Positions 12,681 to 31,729 are shown, numbered from the stretch's first letter. The stretch is 64,000 nt of DNA from Amoebidium appalachense (GCA_963693365.1 CAVNZM010000012.1:5964889-6028888); one strand, 5' to 3'. Notes: a model not told the origin generated them from the sequence alone. Made by a program: numbers and translations.

Positions 12681-13301
12681 TTCCCCCCCCCCCCCCCCCC
12701 CTCCCCCCTCCCCCCCTCCCCCCCCCCCCCCCCCCCCCCCCCCCCGCAACCCTCCCTCGCCCTCCCCCAACCGCCACTGCCACCACCATCACAACCACCA
12801 CCACCACCACTCGCTTGTATCCCTCCCTCTCCACTTTGCCCCCCCCCAAAAAAATCTGCAGAAAGCAACTTGAAGGTAGGGGGAAACAAAAAAGAAAAGA
12901 TATCAATGCTGGATAATCCCCACACCCCCTGCGCCCCTACGAGTCTTTCCTCTCTTCCTCTCCTTTTTCGTATTCACTTACTCGTTTTGTTCTCTTATTT
13001 TGTCTGCAGATTTATTTATAGGTGCCCCCTCGCCCCCTCGCCCGGTTTGTTGGTCAAGATCCCCCCCTCCCCCCCTCCCACCCCCTCTCCCTCCCCGGGG
13101 AGCGCTGAACCCTCTCGCTCCCCCCCCCCCCCCCCCCCCCTCCGCCGCCGCCGCCGGGGCCGCCAACGTCTTAAATTCATTCCAATTAGCGCGTTAAATG
13201 TTTTAACAGGGACAGTGTTATCGTGCTCACTTCCACGGTTTATGTTTGCGTGTGTGCACGTGTTGTGTGCGAAGATCTCTCTCTGTGTGCGTCTGTGCCA
13301 C

Positions 13302-13338
<37 letters not shown>

Positions 13339-13464
13339 GTGCGTGCGTGTGTGTGCGTTTGTCTTGCGCGCTTAATATGTGTGTGTGTGTGTGCGGTGTA
13401 TGTATGTGACACTGTGGCCGGGTGGGTGCTGAGGTGTGTCACATGTTCCACAACGGTTACCGTT

Positions 13465-13501
<37 letters not shown>

Positions 13502-13969
13502 CCTCCTCCCCCCTCCCCCCCCCCCCCCCCCCACCCACCCACCCACGGGCCACCCACCCATCGTCACCCACCCCTACCTGCTACTCCTCACCCCTACCCT
13601 CAACCGCATGCCCACCCACTCTCCCACCCACAGCCATCTTGAATAGCTGCTGTTCAAGATGGCCGTGCTCCCATTAGACATATTGCTCCCACCTACCCGG
13701 TGGCCCACCATCCACCCACCCACCCACCCTCCCACCCATCCACTCTCCCACCCACCCACCCACCCACCCACCCAATATCTTCGGGCACCCACCGTGGCAC
13801 CCACCCACCCACCCACTCTCCCACTCTCCTACCCTCCCACTCTCCCCGGTTCTCGCTGTACTTCTGTACTGACAAAGGGATGTGCAAAGTGGACCTACAA
13901 TTAATAAAAAAGAAAATAGGGTAGCCCTGGGCGCCGGGCTGCCGGCGCTGCAGCGGCTCACGCCAAATA

Positions 13970-14565
13970 ATTCCAATGGTTTATCTGCCAATCAAAAGTA
14001 ATATGCACTCTTATTGGCTAAGCCGTAGCGGGTGGCTAATATTAATAATTGAGCGAAGCGCGTCGGACATCATGTGTATGGCATGTAAGTAGAATTACGG
14101 TGCATTCTAAAACATAAACCTGTAGGTTTTTTCTCCCAAGTTTTTTTTTTTTCTTTTTCTTTTTAGGTTCCTTTATTCTGGTTGACCTACTTGACGTCAG
14201 ATAAGTCATGGCGACCCAAAAGGTGCCCAATGCTTATTGGCTGAGGGAGGCACGGCGTTTCCACAAATCACGCATGTTATGTTTTGAAACCAATGATATT
14301 GCGGGGCAAACCAGGGGTCCGGGGACTTGATATTACGCGGAATTATATTTTCGAGTGTGTACAATTTATAGGCTTTTACATACTTAATTGTTGATCTAGT
14401 AGTTGCGACAAAGTAAAAGAATGGATCAGCCTAACTGGGTTTGATAATTCGGTGCGAAGGGGTAGGTCACGCCACCCGGGGCTCGAAACTGGAATTTTGG
14501 GTATGTGGCTCAGACCAAAAAGCATTTGCCCCTTCTCCCACGAGGTGAGCGGACAACCAATAGGT
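13970..14565. promoter_or_regulatory. Candidate promoter: CCAAT-box cluster plus a CRE palindrome
   Basis: About seven CCAAT/ATTGG motifs (near 13972, 13988, 14013, 14227, 14236, 14290, 14557) and TGACGTCA at 14192-14199, in a stretch free of G/C runs and CA/GT repeats. Confidence 0.4.
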
Positions 14566-14625
14566 GAAGAGAACCAGTTTTCTGTCGCCAGAGAGCACCA
14601 TTTAAACGCACAAAAAGCAGCAAAA

Positions 14626-16259
14626 TTGCATCACGATTCTATGCAAGTTGGTGCACAATATGTTGGCTTTATTGATTGGAAAACTGCTTACGATTCTGTC
14701 TCCCCTGGTCTCCTATGGGAAAAGCTTGCTGCACGGGGTGTACCACACTGCATTGGTGTTCTGTTAGAAGCACTCTTGTCTCAAACCTATGGTAGAGCTG
14801 TGGTTAATGGGCATCTTTCATATGGTTTTGCTCGTACTAGAGGTCTCTTGCAGGGTTCATTGCTTAGCCCCTTTTTGTTTAACCTATTTATAGATGATTT
14901 GGCTGTCAAGATTTACGCCGAAAACGATGACCCTATTAATAACTTTCCGCCTGCACTTCTCTATGCTGATGATCTGTCCCTCCTTGCCCGTACCCCTAGA
15001 CGCCTGCAAAGATTGTTCGATGTAGTGTCAGAGTGGTGCAAGGCAAACCTTATGATCCTTAACATAGACAAATGTGGTGTTCTTGTACCTGATATAGCTA
15101 ACAATTTACACACATTTACATTATCATCTAAACCTGTACCTATAGTTCCAGAATACAAATATCTTGGTGTTCCGGTTGATTCTGTTGGTGTTATGTTTCC
15201 CCATATGGTCGAAAAGAGGGTAGAGTTGGCTCGTAAGCGGTTAGCTTTCTTCTCGGCTAATATTTTTAAAGACACACCCCTCCATCCTTCTATTAGACTT
15301 ACATTTATTCGCACTTTTGTCTTCCCGGCATGTGAATATGGTTTACCCCTTCTCGCCGCTTGGATCAAGAAAGAGAGAACTAGAGCGCTTAAACCCTTGG
15401 CAAATTTCCTTGAAGCAGAAGTTGCCTCCTTTCTATCTAACAACTGTTGTAAACCTGGGCCTGTAACGCTCTCGATATATGGTCTGGTCCCAATAGCTGC
15501 TAGAGTATCCTATCTCGCGCTGAAATTCAATAAGCACATAAGCCGCTTAAAGAAGTATTTGCCCTCCCACCCTCTCTTCTCTATCCGACCTGTCCCCTCC
15601 TCACCTCCCCCCTCTTTCCTCCCCTCTCTCTCCCCTTCTCCCCTGGGCACAAATACAAATAAACCCCGCAATAGTGTGTGTGTGACTTTGGACTGCCACT
15701 TACTTATTAAACATGTACACAATCACAAGATAATCACGCAATATAACAAATGGAAAAAGATACCACACGACACTAGACCCGATGAAAGCATACACCTTGA
15801 AAAACTAAGCCTTATGTCTCGTTTTATATATACTGACCGCCTCAACCATATTGCCAAATATGGCACTCGCAAGTGTATAACACCTAAATACATATTACCT
15901 TCCTGTAGAACTGGTCTTTCTCTAGCTGATGGTATTATTGATCAATTACCACGCTTTTACTGTACACGTGCTATACAGTGGAGATCTAATAAGTATAAGG
16001 TGGCATCATTTGCATGCCCAAACAACACACACACACACCAGTTTAACCGGTCATGTATCGCCAAATGTAGTTTGATAGACCACATAATACCGCAACACAC
16101 ACACGTCACATTCACAACAGACACCCAGAAAGATAGCCTACCTGTAAATTACAACATCCTTGATTTTATACTAAACACGCGTAACTACGACCTGTTTATT
16201 AGATGTATTGATTGGCTTGAGAAACACATCACTACAAAATTATAGCGCACACACACACA

Positions 16260-16322
<63 letters not shown>

Positions 16323-16383
16323 CCAGCTGATACCGAGTGTCCCGAGGGAAGCCCCTTTAAAAAAATTAAAATTAAAATTAAAA

Positions 16384-16444
<61 letters not shown>
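14626..16444 (+). mobile_element. 5'-truncated non-LTR retrotransposon with an open RT frame (stop at 16245), then (CA)n and an A-rich tract
   Basis: RT motifs FIDWKTAYDSV, GLLQGSLLSPFLFNLFIDDL, LLYADD, LNIDKC and YKYLGV, followed by a Cys/His C-terminal region (WRSN..CPNN..FNRSCIAKC). RT-like sequence starts at about LHHDS. The 3' boundary is uncertain: either poly(A) at 16444, or 16575 if AGCAAAA (14619-14625 and 16576-16582) is the TSD. Confidence 0.9.
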
Positions 16445-16445
<1 letters not shown>

Positions 16446-16743
16446 GGGGAACCCCAACTAATTGATTTCTCCTTGTAGTCTTTATGGTGTCTCGTAGAGA
16501 AAGTAAACCCTGATATATAGTCACCACCCGACATCTATGTACGTGATCATGATATACCGCTGAGGGGATATTCCGAGCAAAACCCCCCCCATACCTGAGA
16601 CTGGTTCTCTTTGCCTCGAGTAAACAGCGTAAACCCCGCATCAGTTTCTACGTTTAAACTTTCACTCAGAGTTTCCCTCACTCGTTCTGTCTGAATCGTC
16701 AACTTTCGTTTCGACGAAGTTGTACTATCCACCCAGCCACAAA

Positions 16744-18546
16744 ATGGATTCCCAACTCATCGCACAGCTGCTGGCCGCCAACGCCGCGGACCAGCAATCG
16801 CATGAAGCGCGCAGGGAGGCGTGCAAGGGCAAGCGTCTACTTTGGCTCACGTCCTTCTACACCGCCCCCGGCTACCGTGCTGGCGTGAAGGACATGCTCG
16901 ACGAGTTGACAAAGGTGGGCGTGCGCTACTGGGTTGTTCTGGATCCTTCCCTGGAGGCCGACCGCAAGATGGCGCAAATGATGGAGGAGGATGGCGTTTT
17001 GGTCGACAACGGGTACATCTATGTCGACATGACTGAGGCGGACAAGACAGTGGACCGCGTCTATGAGGCTGTGAAGGAGAAGGGGTTGGAACTGGACGCT
17101 ATTTTTGGCACCTCCGAGCACGTGCAACAACTCGCTGCGGAGCTTTCCCAGCGCCTGGGTTTGCCTGGGAGCAAGCCAGAGGCGTACGCTCTAGCACGTG
17201 ACAAGCGCACGGCCCGGGACGTGTGCCGTGAGAACGGGCTCGCGGCGCCAAAATACGACTACGTTCACAGTGTGGAAGATGTCGAACGTATTGCAGAGGT
17301 CGTGGGGTTCCCGTGCGTGATTAAACCCTCGAGCGGGTGTGCGTCTATGGGGGTTGTTAGGTGCAACGATGTTGACCAACTGAGGAGCGAATATAAAAAA
17401 ATCAACAAGGAGCTGGAGTCGAACAGAATGTTTTCTTGGAACCCTGGCTGCGAGGCAGACACCAAGATGCTGGTGGAGCAGTATATTGATGGACCCGAGT
17501 TTGATGTCGACGTTCTCATGGTGAGTTTACGCACGTGCGGGATGTGTGCATGCAGTAGATCTGAACATATGTTCTTTGGGTTTCTCTCCGGCCTCGTCAC
17601 ATCAGGTTTGGTTTCGAATTTTCTGAACCTTTTGCAACAGCAATCTTTTTCGCTATTTTCATCCTCTCGGATTGACTACCGTATCAAATTGAACGAGCCT
17701 GCTTTTCTCCCCCCCCCCACCAGCCCCCACTCGAGCTTCTCTCATCTGCCCTCCTTTCACTCCTCCAGTATAGAAGCGTCGGTAGTCGAAGGAAAATGTT
17801 TTGTTGGTCACACGGTTTGCACAGGCTTTTGCATCATGCAAATTAATTCTCTAGCAAACACTTCCCGTCCTACCCTCCCCTTCCCCCCTTCCCCCCCTCG
17901 GACCTCTCCAACCACTCTTCCTACATTCATGTCATAGCCCTCGGGCTCAGAAGTTTCTCACTGCTTTTCTTCTCCTCTTTTACCTCCCCTCACCAAGAAA
18001 CCATGCACTCACATCCACTTATCCACATGCCCCTTCTTCCCGCCCAATCCGCCGACCTTTTCTCTTCTCGCCTCCCTAACCAACCCCCCACCCCTCCCCC
18101 CCGTCCCCCGGAAAGACACACATACTCTACCCCACCATTACACATGCTCACACCTTCTCTCATCCCCCCCCCCCCCCCCCCTCCCCCCCCCCCCAGCATT
18201 ATGCCCCTCTACTACGTTTTTTTTTGTGCCTTATTCTCACAATGGTTGATGCAGTGGGACGGTGAGGCCGTGTATGCCAACGTGCTGGACAACTGGCCGT
18301 GCATGGAGCCCTACTTCCAGGTGAGCACATGTGAATGCCCACATCACATGCTTCACATCCTGGTTGCAGGAAGCGTGCATGCACAAACACAAACTGATAG
18401 TACGAATTGGCACGCATGGGTGTAGACCCAAACACTGATTCCACACACACACATGGATCACAGCTGCAGAGGAGATACACAATGCCACCTCTTGAATTTT
18501 TCCGTACAAGTACCTTGTCTTCCCTTTGCTCCCCCCTCCCCCCCTT

Positions 18547-18579
<33 letters not shown>

Positions 18580-19703
18580 GGCACTCCTACGCATCAGAGC
18601 TTCGCCTTCCTCCCCTCCCCCAGTCACCCTCCTAACAAACACACCCAACCCCCACCCATCCCCCAACACACATACACACACACAACACACAACACACACA
18701 CGTGCACATGTGCACACACATCATACCGCCCCACCACCACCCAACAGTGCTGCCAACACAAGCCCGATGCACCCACCTTCTTCAACCCTCTCCCCCCCCT
18801 CCCCGCACTCCCTTGCCTCTTCCCCCCCTCCCCCCCCCCCCCCCCCCCCCCGCCCCCGACCACTACCACCATCGTCTCCCCCTCCCCACTTGCTCCCTCC
18901 CCCAAAGGGTTGTGTCCCATTACTCCCCAACACGTTTTTGCCGCATTCATGATAGCGAGATGGTGGAAACTTCGAGTAAAGATGTTGTATCTCGCTCATT
19001 CTCTTATTATCCCCTTGCCTATGCAATCCCTTTTCATACTACCCTTTCCACATCCCTCTCACCAACCCCCCCCCCCCCCTCCCCTTTCCCCTCACAGGAA
19101 ACCGCAGCAAACTGCCCCACTCTCTTCACCGAGGAAGGGCCCAAGCTCATCGACTACTCCATTGCCGTCGTGAAGGCCCTCGGGTTCAAACAGGGTTGCT
19201 TCCACGTCGAGTGCAAATACAGCCGCACATACGACATGCCCCTCCTTATCGAGGTGAACCCGCGCATGGGCGGCGGCGGCACGCGCATGTTCCACAAGGA
19301 CGTGTATGGCGTCGACCTGTTCGAAAACTTCTTCCTCTCCTCGCTCGGCGTTCCTATTAACCCTCCCCGCGCCGAGACTCCGATTTGCGGCCGTGTTTAC
19401 TACGACGTTAACGCAAAGAAGACGGGTGTGGTTGCTCACACGCGCTGGCTCGTAGACATTGAGAAACACCCCAACGTCACGTCCGTTCTGTACAGGAAAC
19501 AGGCGGGAGAGAGCGTGCGCGGTGTTGACACGGGCCTTCCTGATTGGCTGGCTAACATCCAGGTCAAGGCGCCCACGGCCCAGGAGGCCGTGGATCTGAT
19601 GAGGAGTTTCGAGCAGACCCTCGACTGCCCAATCATTAGCCCTGGAGAGAAGTTGCCGGAAAACGACGGCGAGAAAACGGATGTTTCTGCGGTTGAGGCG
19701 TGA
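16744..19703 (+). CDS. ATP-grasp amino-acid ligase, carnosine synthase (CARNS1)-like, ~482 aa
   Basis: Exons 16744-17520, 18255-18320 and 19098-19703, all phase 0 and GT-AG. Motifs: ARDKRTARD, GFPCVIKPSSGCASMGV, LVEQYIDGPEFDVD, DNWPCMEPYFQET, GCFHVECK, LIEVNPRMGGG. Confidence 0.88.
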
Positions 19704-20649
19704 GCGCGGTTTAAATATCTTATCGTGTTGAATTTTGTAGGCTCTGGGGCGGAAAGACGTATTTGGTGAGGGGTGGGGGGCAGGGAGGGGGGGGGTCCGT
19801 AAAATAATTGATTCTAAGGGGCGATTTCCATTGGGAGCCACATGGGCAAACTAGTTTCACGGCTATAGGTCCATGTGGTTTGTATGAAATGTAGCCACAC
19901 ATAGCCGGTGATGTTCATCTTTTTTACAAGTCCGCTAATTGCTCTGCTGTGAATTCGCTGCCAGTTGGAGTGTTTGATGGTAATGAACGAATGTAATATT
20001 GGCCTGGCCGCATTTAGATAACAGCTATATGTAGAATAATGACCGAATCACCACGTGAAGTTGAATTTTCTAAGTTTTAATAAATATGACAAATTTTGGA
20101 ATAAACATAAATAGGTATGATATCAGGATCGTTGCTTTAACCGCGCAAGTTACCCCCCCCCCCCCCCCCCCCCCTTTCCCACACACACACACACCACCCC
20201 CCACCCCACCCTTCTTCCTCCCCACCTTTTCCTTTTTAAGTGCTTGTTCCCTCCCTAACCTCCACCGTTTCTGAATAAGTAAAGGCGCTAATACTAGCAA
20301 ACCTCCCCACCCACACCTTTTCATTTAAGTGTTCACCCCTACCGTCCCTTACATCAGTTGAAATCCTCTCTAAAGTGCTCGCTTTCCCTCTGCCCCCACC
20401 ATAAAAAAAAACTGCTCAGACGTCCCCCGCCCCTCGTTTACTAATTCGTTTAGTAACTAGTATGGGCATGCTCCCCCCCCCCCCCCTCTTCCAGAGCGCA
20501 CCAGCTCATGGTTTTTTTCAAATGATCCTACATGTCACGTTTGTGGTGTGCACATGTGGAAACTTGCATTTGGGCGGTCCCTCGGGGGGAGGGGGGGAGG
20601 GGGGGGGAGGGGGGGGGGGGGGGGGGGGGGGCAATTCAAAACATGTCAT

Positions 20650-25650
<5,001 letters not shown>

Positions 25651-25656
25651 ATCTTT

Positions 25657-25760
25657 TAGCAGAATAATTCTGCTTTTTGTAGGCCTAGGATAAGTCTGCT
25701 CAGAGCAGAATAATTGTTCTATTGCAAAATAATCTTGCTTTTAGCAGAATAATTCTGCAA
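25657..25760. repeat. GCAGAATAATTCTGC motif array, related to the interior of the 11587-11857 MITE
   Basis: Four to five copies of the same quasi-palindromic unit, without the TIRs, about 320 bp upstream of the PDCD2L ATG. Confidence 0.7.
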
Positions 25761-26078
25761 AAAAAAAAACCGTTGAACAATTACGTATTAGTCCAAAGCT
25801 ATCTGCCTCTACAATGAATATTAGTTCGTTTGTGAAGGGCCGTGGCAGATGTGTCTTGCGTCATCCGTAAACCTTATGTCAGAAAACCTCGGGAGTTAAA
25901 ATGCACGTGTGCGCGATCACGGCCTCCCTACACACGGAATTTATTACTCAGCTCTGTTTCGGTTTCAACGACGGCTTGTCCCACTTTGCAAAAAACCACA
26001 TACAAAACATCAAACCAACCAATCCAGCAGTCTGACCGTAAACGCACATCTGCTTCACCAGACTAGTTACTGTACAAC

Positions 26079-26224
26079 ATGGAGGATGACGAGAGTCCTT
26101 TGCTGTTGGGGGTGCGGGACATAGACATGACCCCACAGGAGGATGCAACCTGTGGTTGGGCTACAAACAAGTTTGGTGGCACACCGGTGAGTGGTGGTGG
26201 GAAGAGGAGGGAGGGGAGGGAGGG

Positions 26225-26256
<32 letters not shown>

Positions 26257-27315
26257 AGGAGAGGGGAAAGGGAGGAGGGGAGGGGGGAATGGAGAGTGTT
26301 TCATGTGTGAACGGTGCTCTTGTGAAGGTGCTTAGTCCTAGCAACGATTACACCTTGTTACGGCATGTTTGCCTGTTTTCTACACAATCATGCACAATAT
26401 TGCCTTTTTACCTGGCAATTCACGGTCCATACCGTTCACTTCGTCTGGAGTAGTTTTGTTGTTGTAGGCACTGCCTCCCCACCTCCCTATTCCCCTCCCC
26501 CTCCTCCTCTCCCCCTCCCCCGCCCCCCTCCCCCCCCCTTCTCCCCCCTCCCCCCCACTCCCCCCTTCCACGACAGTGTCAGTGTGCTACTCCCATAGCA
26601 ACCGGAGGCTCTCAGCCAGACCGCTTGAGTGGGGCGGATCTGCTCGTTCCCCTCCGAACAGTGCACGTGTGCACACGCTTTGCAAGCATTCTCCAAACAT
26701 TGCACTTTTGTGTGCCCATGCTTTGCAAGGCTTCCAAAGGGTGGAACATGTGCATGCACATGCATGTTCATTGCCAGGATTCTAGCTCCCACGTTTAACA
26801 TGTGTGTACATAAGCCTCACTATATATAAAAAGACGTATCTGTGAAATATTCGGCTCGTTTGAGAAGTGTTTTGTTGGTTTGCCAATATAGGTGCTTCTA
26901 TTGTCTCTATCTAACCGTTTCCCTGCAAGCACAAAAGTTCAATGTCGGTTTTTCTCATCACAGCCCAACACACGACGAATAGTCCACAAGTGCTCCCTAA
27001 ATCAGGCATCCTTGGAGGCTCTAGGATCTCGATCTGCTTGCAACGAGCTCATGACCGCTTTCTTGCTCCTAACTGCCTGCTTGTTTTATCCCCCTCCCCT
27101 CCCCTCCCCCCTTCCCCCAACACAGCCCCAACACACACAAACTCTCCCCTCCCCCCCCCCCCCCCCCTTCCCCTCTTCTCCCCTCCGTGACATGTGCATG
27201 TTTCAGCAGCCACCGAAAACGTTGACCCCTATACTTCGGTAGAACTCTTTTCTGTCCTTATCCCCCCCCCCCCCCCCCGTCTCCCCTCCCCCCCCTCCCC
27301 ACCACCCCACCACAC

Positions 27316-27357
<42 letters not shown>

Positions 27358-30199
27358 AGAACTGGCTGGTGACCCCTCCCCCCGGCCATGAAATTCTCTG
27401 CCGGGTGTGTGGGGGCCCCCTGTCGCACGTGCTCCAGATCTGTGCGCCCCTTGAGCACATACCCCACAACAGGGTGCTGTATGTGTGGGCATGCCCCCAG
27501 CCGGCCTGCTCTAACAAGGTTTGTCTATTGTCTTATTAATTACCCTCACTAAAGGTCTGTCTGTCCCACATGTTCCAACACCACCCTATGACGCTCGCCT
27601 CTCCCTTTCAACAGGCCATAAGGACAGCAGTCTCTCTCCCCCCTTTTTTTTAACACCTTATGTAATCAATCTTTGGGGTTTTATTTTTCACACCCAATCA
27701 GGTCCGTTTCTCCACTCTTTGAATTCGTATATACATACTCACCTCCCATATCCGCTTTCTCAGACCCCCCCCCCCCCCCCCCCCCCCCCCCGCCTTTCCC
27801 TGAGGTTTGGCTCTACCTATGAGGACTACTCTCTCTGTGTGTCTTTCACAATTTGCATTGTGTTGTTGGCCATGAATGTGCATTTCTTTGTCTGTAACCC
27901 ATTTTTTTACCTCCTACCCCCCCTATCTTATTTGTGTGCCGGTTATTTCAAAATCTCCATTATGATGCCTGTCGTGAATATGTACTTGTTGCCATACTCC
28001 ACAACACGTTCTAACCCTCCTCCCCCCCCCCCCCACCATTCTCCCCCCCCCCTCTTCCGCGCCACCCCATCTCTGACCACAGAATGAGGGCTGGTTGGCT
28101 TTGAGATGTCAGTCGGGGGGCTCAAGTGGCTCGAATTCTACAGCAAAGGTGACAAACCGTACCTAACATGTACACGCCGTGCACAGGCACGTACACATAC
28201 ATGCATGCAGGCACGTTCACATACATGGATGCAGGCACGTACACATACATGCATGCAGGCACGTACACATACATGCATGCAGGCGCGTACACATACATGC
28301 ATGCAGGCACGCACAATTACATGCATGCAGGCACGTACACATACATGCATGCAGGCACGCACACATACATGCATGCAGGCACGCACACATACATGCATGC
28401 AGGCACGTACACATACATGCACGCAGGCACGTACACATACATGCATGCAGGCGCGTACACATACATGCATGCAGGCACGTACACATACATGCATGCAGGA
28501 ACGTACTCACATGCATGCAGGAACGTGTACACACATACATGCAGGCACATACACACATACATGCAGGCACATACACGCAAACCACACACAGGTATATACA
28601 TGAATGTAGCATGCAGACACGTTCACACATATACACGCAGGCACGTACACACATACATGCAGGCACGTACACCAATATGCAGGCACGTACACACACATGC
28701 ATGCAGGCACGTACACATACATGCATGCAGGCACGTACACATACATGCATGCAGGCACGTACACATACATGCATGCAGGCACGTACACATACATGCATGC
28801 AGGCACGTACACATACATGCATGCAGGCACGTACACGTACATGCATGCAGGCACGTACACATACATGCATGCAGGCACGTACACATACATGCATGCAGGC
28901 GTGTACACATACATGCATGCAGGCGCGTACACATACATGCATGCAGGCACGTACACATACATGCATGCAGGAACGTACTCACATGCATGCAGGAACGTGT
29001 ACACACATACATGCAGGCACATACACGCATACATGCAGGCACATACACACAAACCACACACAGGTATATACATGAATGTAGCATGCAGACACGTTCACAC
29101 ATATACACGCAGGCACGTACACACATACATGCAGGCACGTACACCAATATGCAGGCACGTACACACACATGCATGCAGGCGCGTACACACACATGCATGC
29201 AGGCACGTACACACACGTACACATACTCATGCAGGCACACACACGCTTGCACGTGCGCGTACACGCAGATTCACTTAAGATGTTTTCCTACCCATCCTCT
29301 ATTTATCACAACTTCTCTTACACACCCCCCCTTTCCATTCACAGACACAGAACAAATCTGTCAAGGACAACACCGAACCCATCAGCACTCAAACCCACAG
29401 CAAAACGTCTCCCAACCCCCCTAAAGCCTTGCAAAATCCCCCAAACCCACCCACCTCGACTAAGCTTTTCGAGTCGGATTGGGGGGTGGAGGGAGGGGAC
29501 GATTGGGGCGAGGATGGAGGGGATGATGGTGGTTGGGGGGCAGAGGGGGGTTCCAAGAAGGAGACAACGGGGGGGCTCAAAGATGATGATTTCGACCGTC
29601 TGTTGCAGGTGGGTTAGCCCCCTCCCCCCCCCCTCCCAACACAGGCACACACACACCTTCCCACTCCCCCCCCTTCCTGCCCTTGCCTGTTGCCCCCCTG
29701 CATAAGTTACCTTACTCGTCATGAAGACGGGTGGCCCTCTTATGTTCCAGTGAAGCAGTGTCTGAGTTGGGTTTCGCTGACGAGGTGAATGGGTCGAAAC
29801 TCGGGCACTGTGGACGACGTGGACCCCCCCTGAGGATGGGCTCTGCTCATTATGCATGCTCTTTATGTGTGGTTTGCACTCTGCATTGTGTTTCCTTTCT
29901 CCATGTGTACTTCGTGCTCTATGATGCATTCCAAACCACCCCATACCCCGAGTCTAAGTCTAATCTCGGCCACAAAAGCCACGTAGCATAGAGTAATCTG
30001 CGCACGCGCATACACACACACACACACACAGCACAGTACCAGCATGCATCGGTTTTATGTTCCACAGAGCAGCACCGTCATACAACGACTTACTTGACCG
30101 ACCGGCTGGTGTGCTCCTCTCTCCCTCCCTTTCTCCCTCGGTCCCTGCTGTCTTCTGCACTCTCCCTATTCCTCCCTTCTCTCCCCGCCCCCTTCCTCC

Positions 30200-30236
<37 letters not shown>

Positions 30237-30306
30237 ACACACACACACCTTCTTCTCTCCCCCCCCCCCCCTCCCCCTCTCCCCCCCCCCCCCCCCCTCC
30301 CCCCTT

Positions 30307-30344
<38 letters not shown>

Positions 30345-31659
30345 TTACCCTTCACCACGCCTCCATCACACCTTTTCCCCGTCCAGGCAAGAGACGAATC
30401 ACTCCTACGACAAAACGAAGACGACATATTACCACCCCCACCCTACACAAAAACCGCCGCCACAAATGCAGAATCCTCCACACCACCCCCATATATACCA
30501 CCGACGCAAGCAGCAGATCCCGTATCTTCCCTCTCCGAAAGCCTCGAAAATCTGAATTTGGGGGGTAGCAACACAACCTCTGGTGCCTGCAGTAGGGGGA
30601 ACCAAGTCGTTTTTCAGGCGGCGTACATGAATGCCGAGTATGAGCCCGAGGGGGTGGCCATTGAGACGCACGTGCACCGCCTTTTGAAGGACTACGAGAA
30701 GACACAGGGTGCTGTGACCTCGGGTGCCGATGGTATTCCTACCCCCCCCCCCCCCCCCCTCCCCTCCCCCCCCCTCCCCCCTCCCTCCGCCTGCCCTTCC
30801 TGCCCCCCAAAAAAGGGGGGAAAAGGGTGGGGAGTTTTGGGTTTGGGGGGGTTTCTTTTTTTGGGGGGGGGGGGGGGGGGGGGGAATAAATGAAATAATC
30901 CGCATTGCAGACACACGCACCACCACCATAACCACCACCACAGCCTATTCTGTCTACGTCTAATTGGAGAAGTGGTCGCTTTTTGTGCAAGAAAAGGGGG
31001 ACGGGGGACGGGGGAGGGGGGGGGGGGGTGGGGGGTAAAGATAATGAAGCTGTTGATGTGTCGCATTGATGCACTGTTGGTAGACAGACCAGAAGAAGGG
31101 AAACGGATCTTATTTGATTAGATGGAACATCATTTTACAAATTTTGATTGTGTCCGCACACAAACACACAGCAGTAAAACGAGCCAAGAGGCAATGATAG
31201 GGCCCACCCACTAGCCGTCGTTTTTATAACCAATTTTCCTGACTCCCCTTTCCCCTCTTCCCCCCAAACACATGCACACACACACACACACACACACACG
31301 CACGCACGCACACGCACACACAAACACACAGAGGATGAGGTGTGGGAGGGTGAGACCTACGAAAAGGCCGATTACCGACACAACGACAAAGCCATGAAGC
31401 AATATCTTAAACGGATAGAGCGGTACCCCGCACAATGCCTACGGTACCCTGCCCTCTCCCCTTGCCCCCTTGCCTGCTCATCCTTCCCTCCCCCCCCCCT
31501 CCCCCTCCCCCTGCCCCACAACCCCCCCCCCCCCCCCCCCCCCCCCGGCGCTCCCCGGATCCGCGCAGTTCTCGATCTTAAATAAAACATGACACCAACC
31601 GATCGTTGCACGTACTTCCGTACAAGCACACACATATAGGCGCATACAGGTACTCGCAT

Positions 31660-31729
<70 letters not shown>

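Noticed and set aside
14465-14525. tRNA-like T-arm on the minus strand (GTTTCGAGCCCCGG)
   Set aside because: No convincing D-arm, anticodon arm or acceptor stem.
14452-14625. N-terminal 58 aa of the 597-aa RT ORF
   Set aside because: It starts at GTG and has no RT similarity. Most likely host flank that happens to be in frame with a truncated element.
19092-19841. 249-aa minus-strand ORF
   Set aside because: Antisense shadow of the GC-rich ATP-grasp exon 3.
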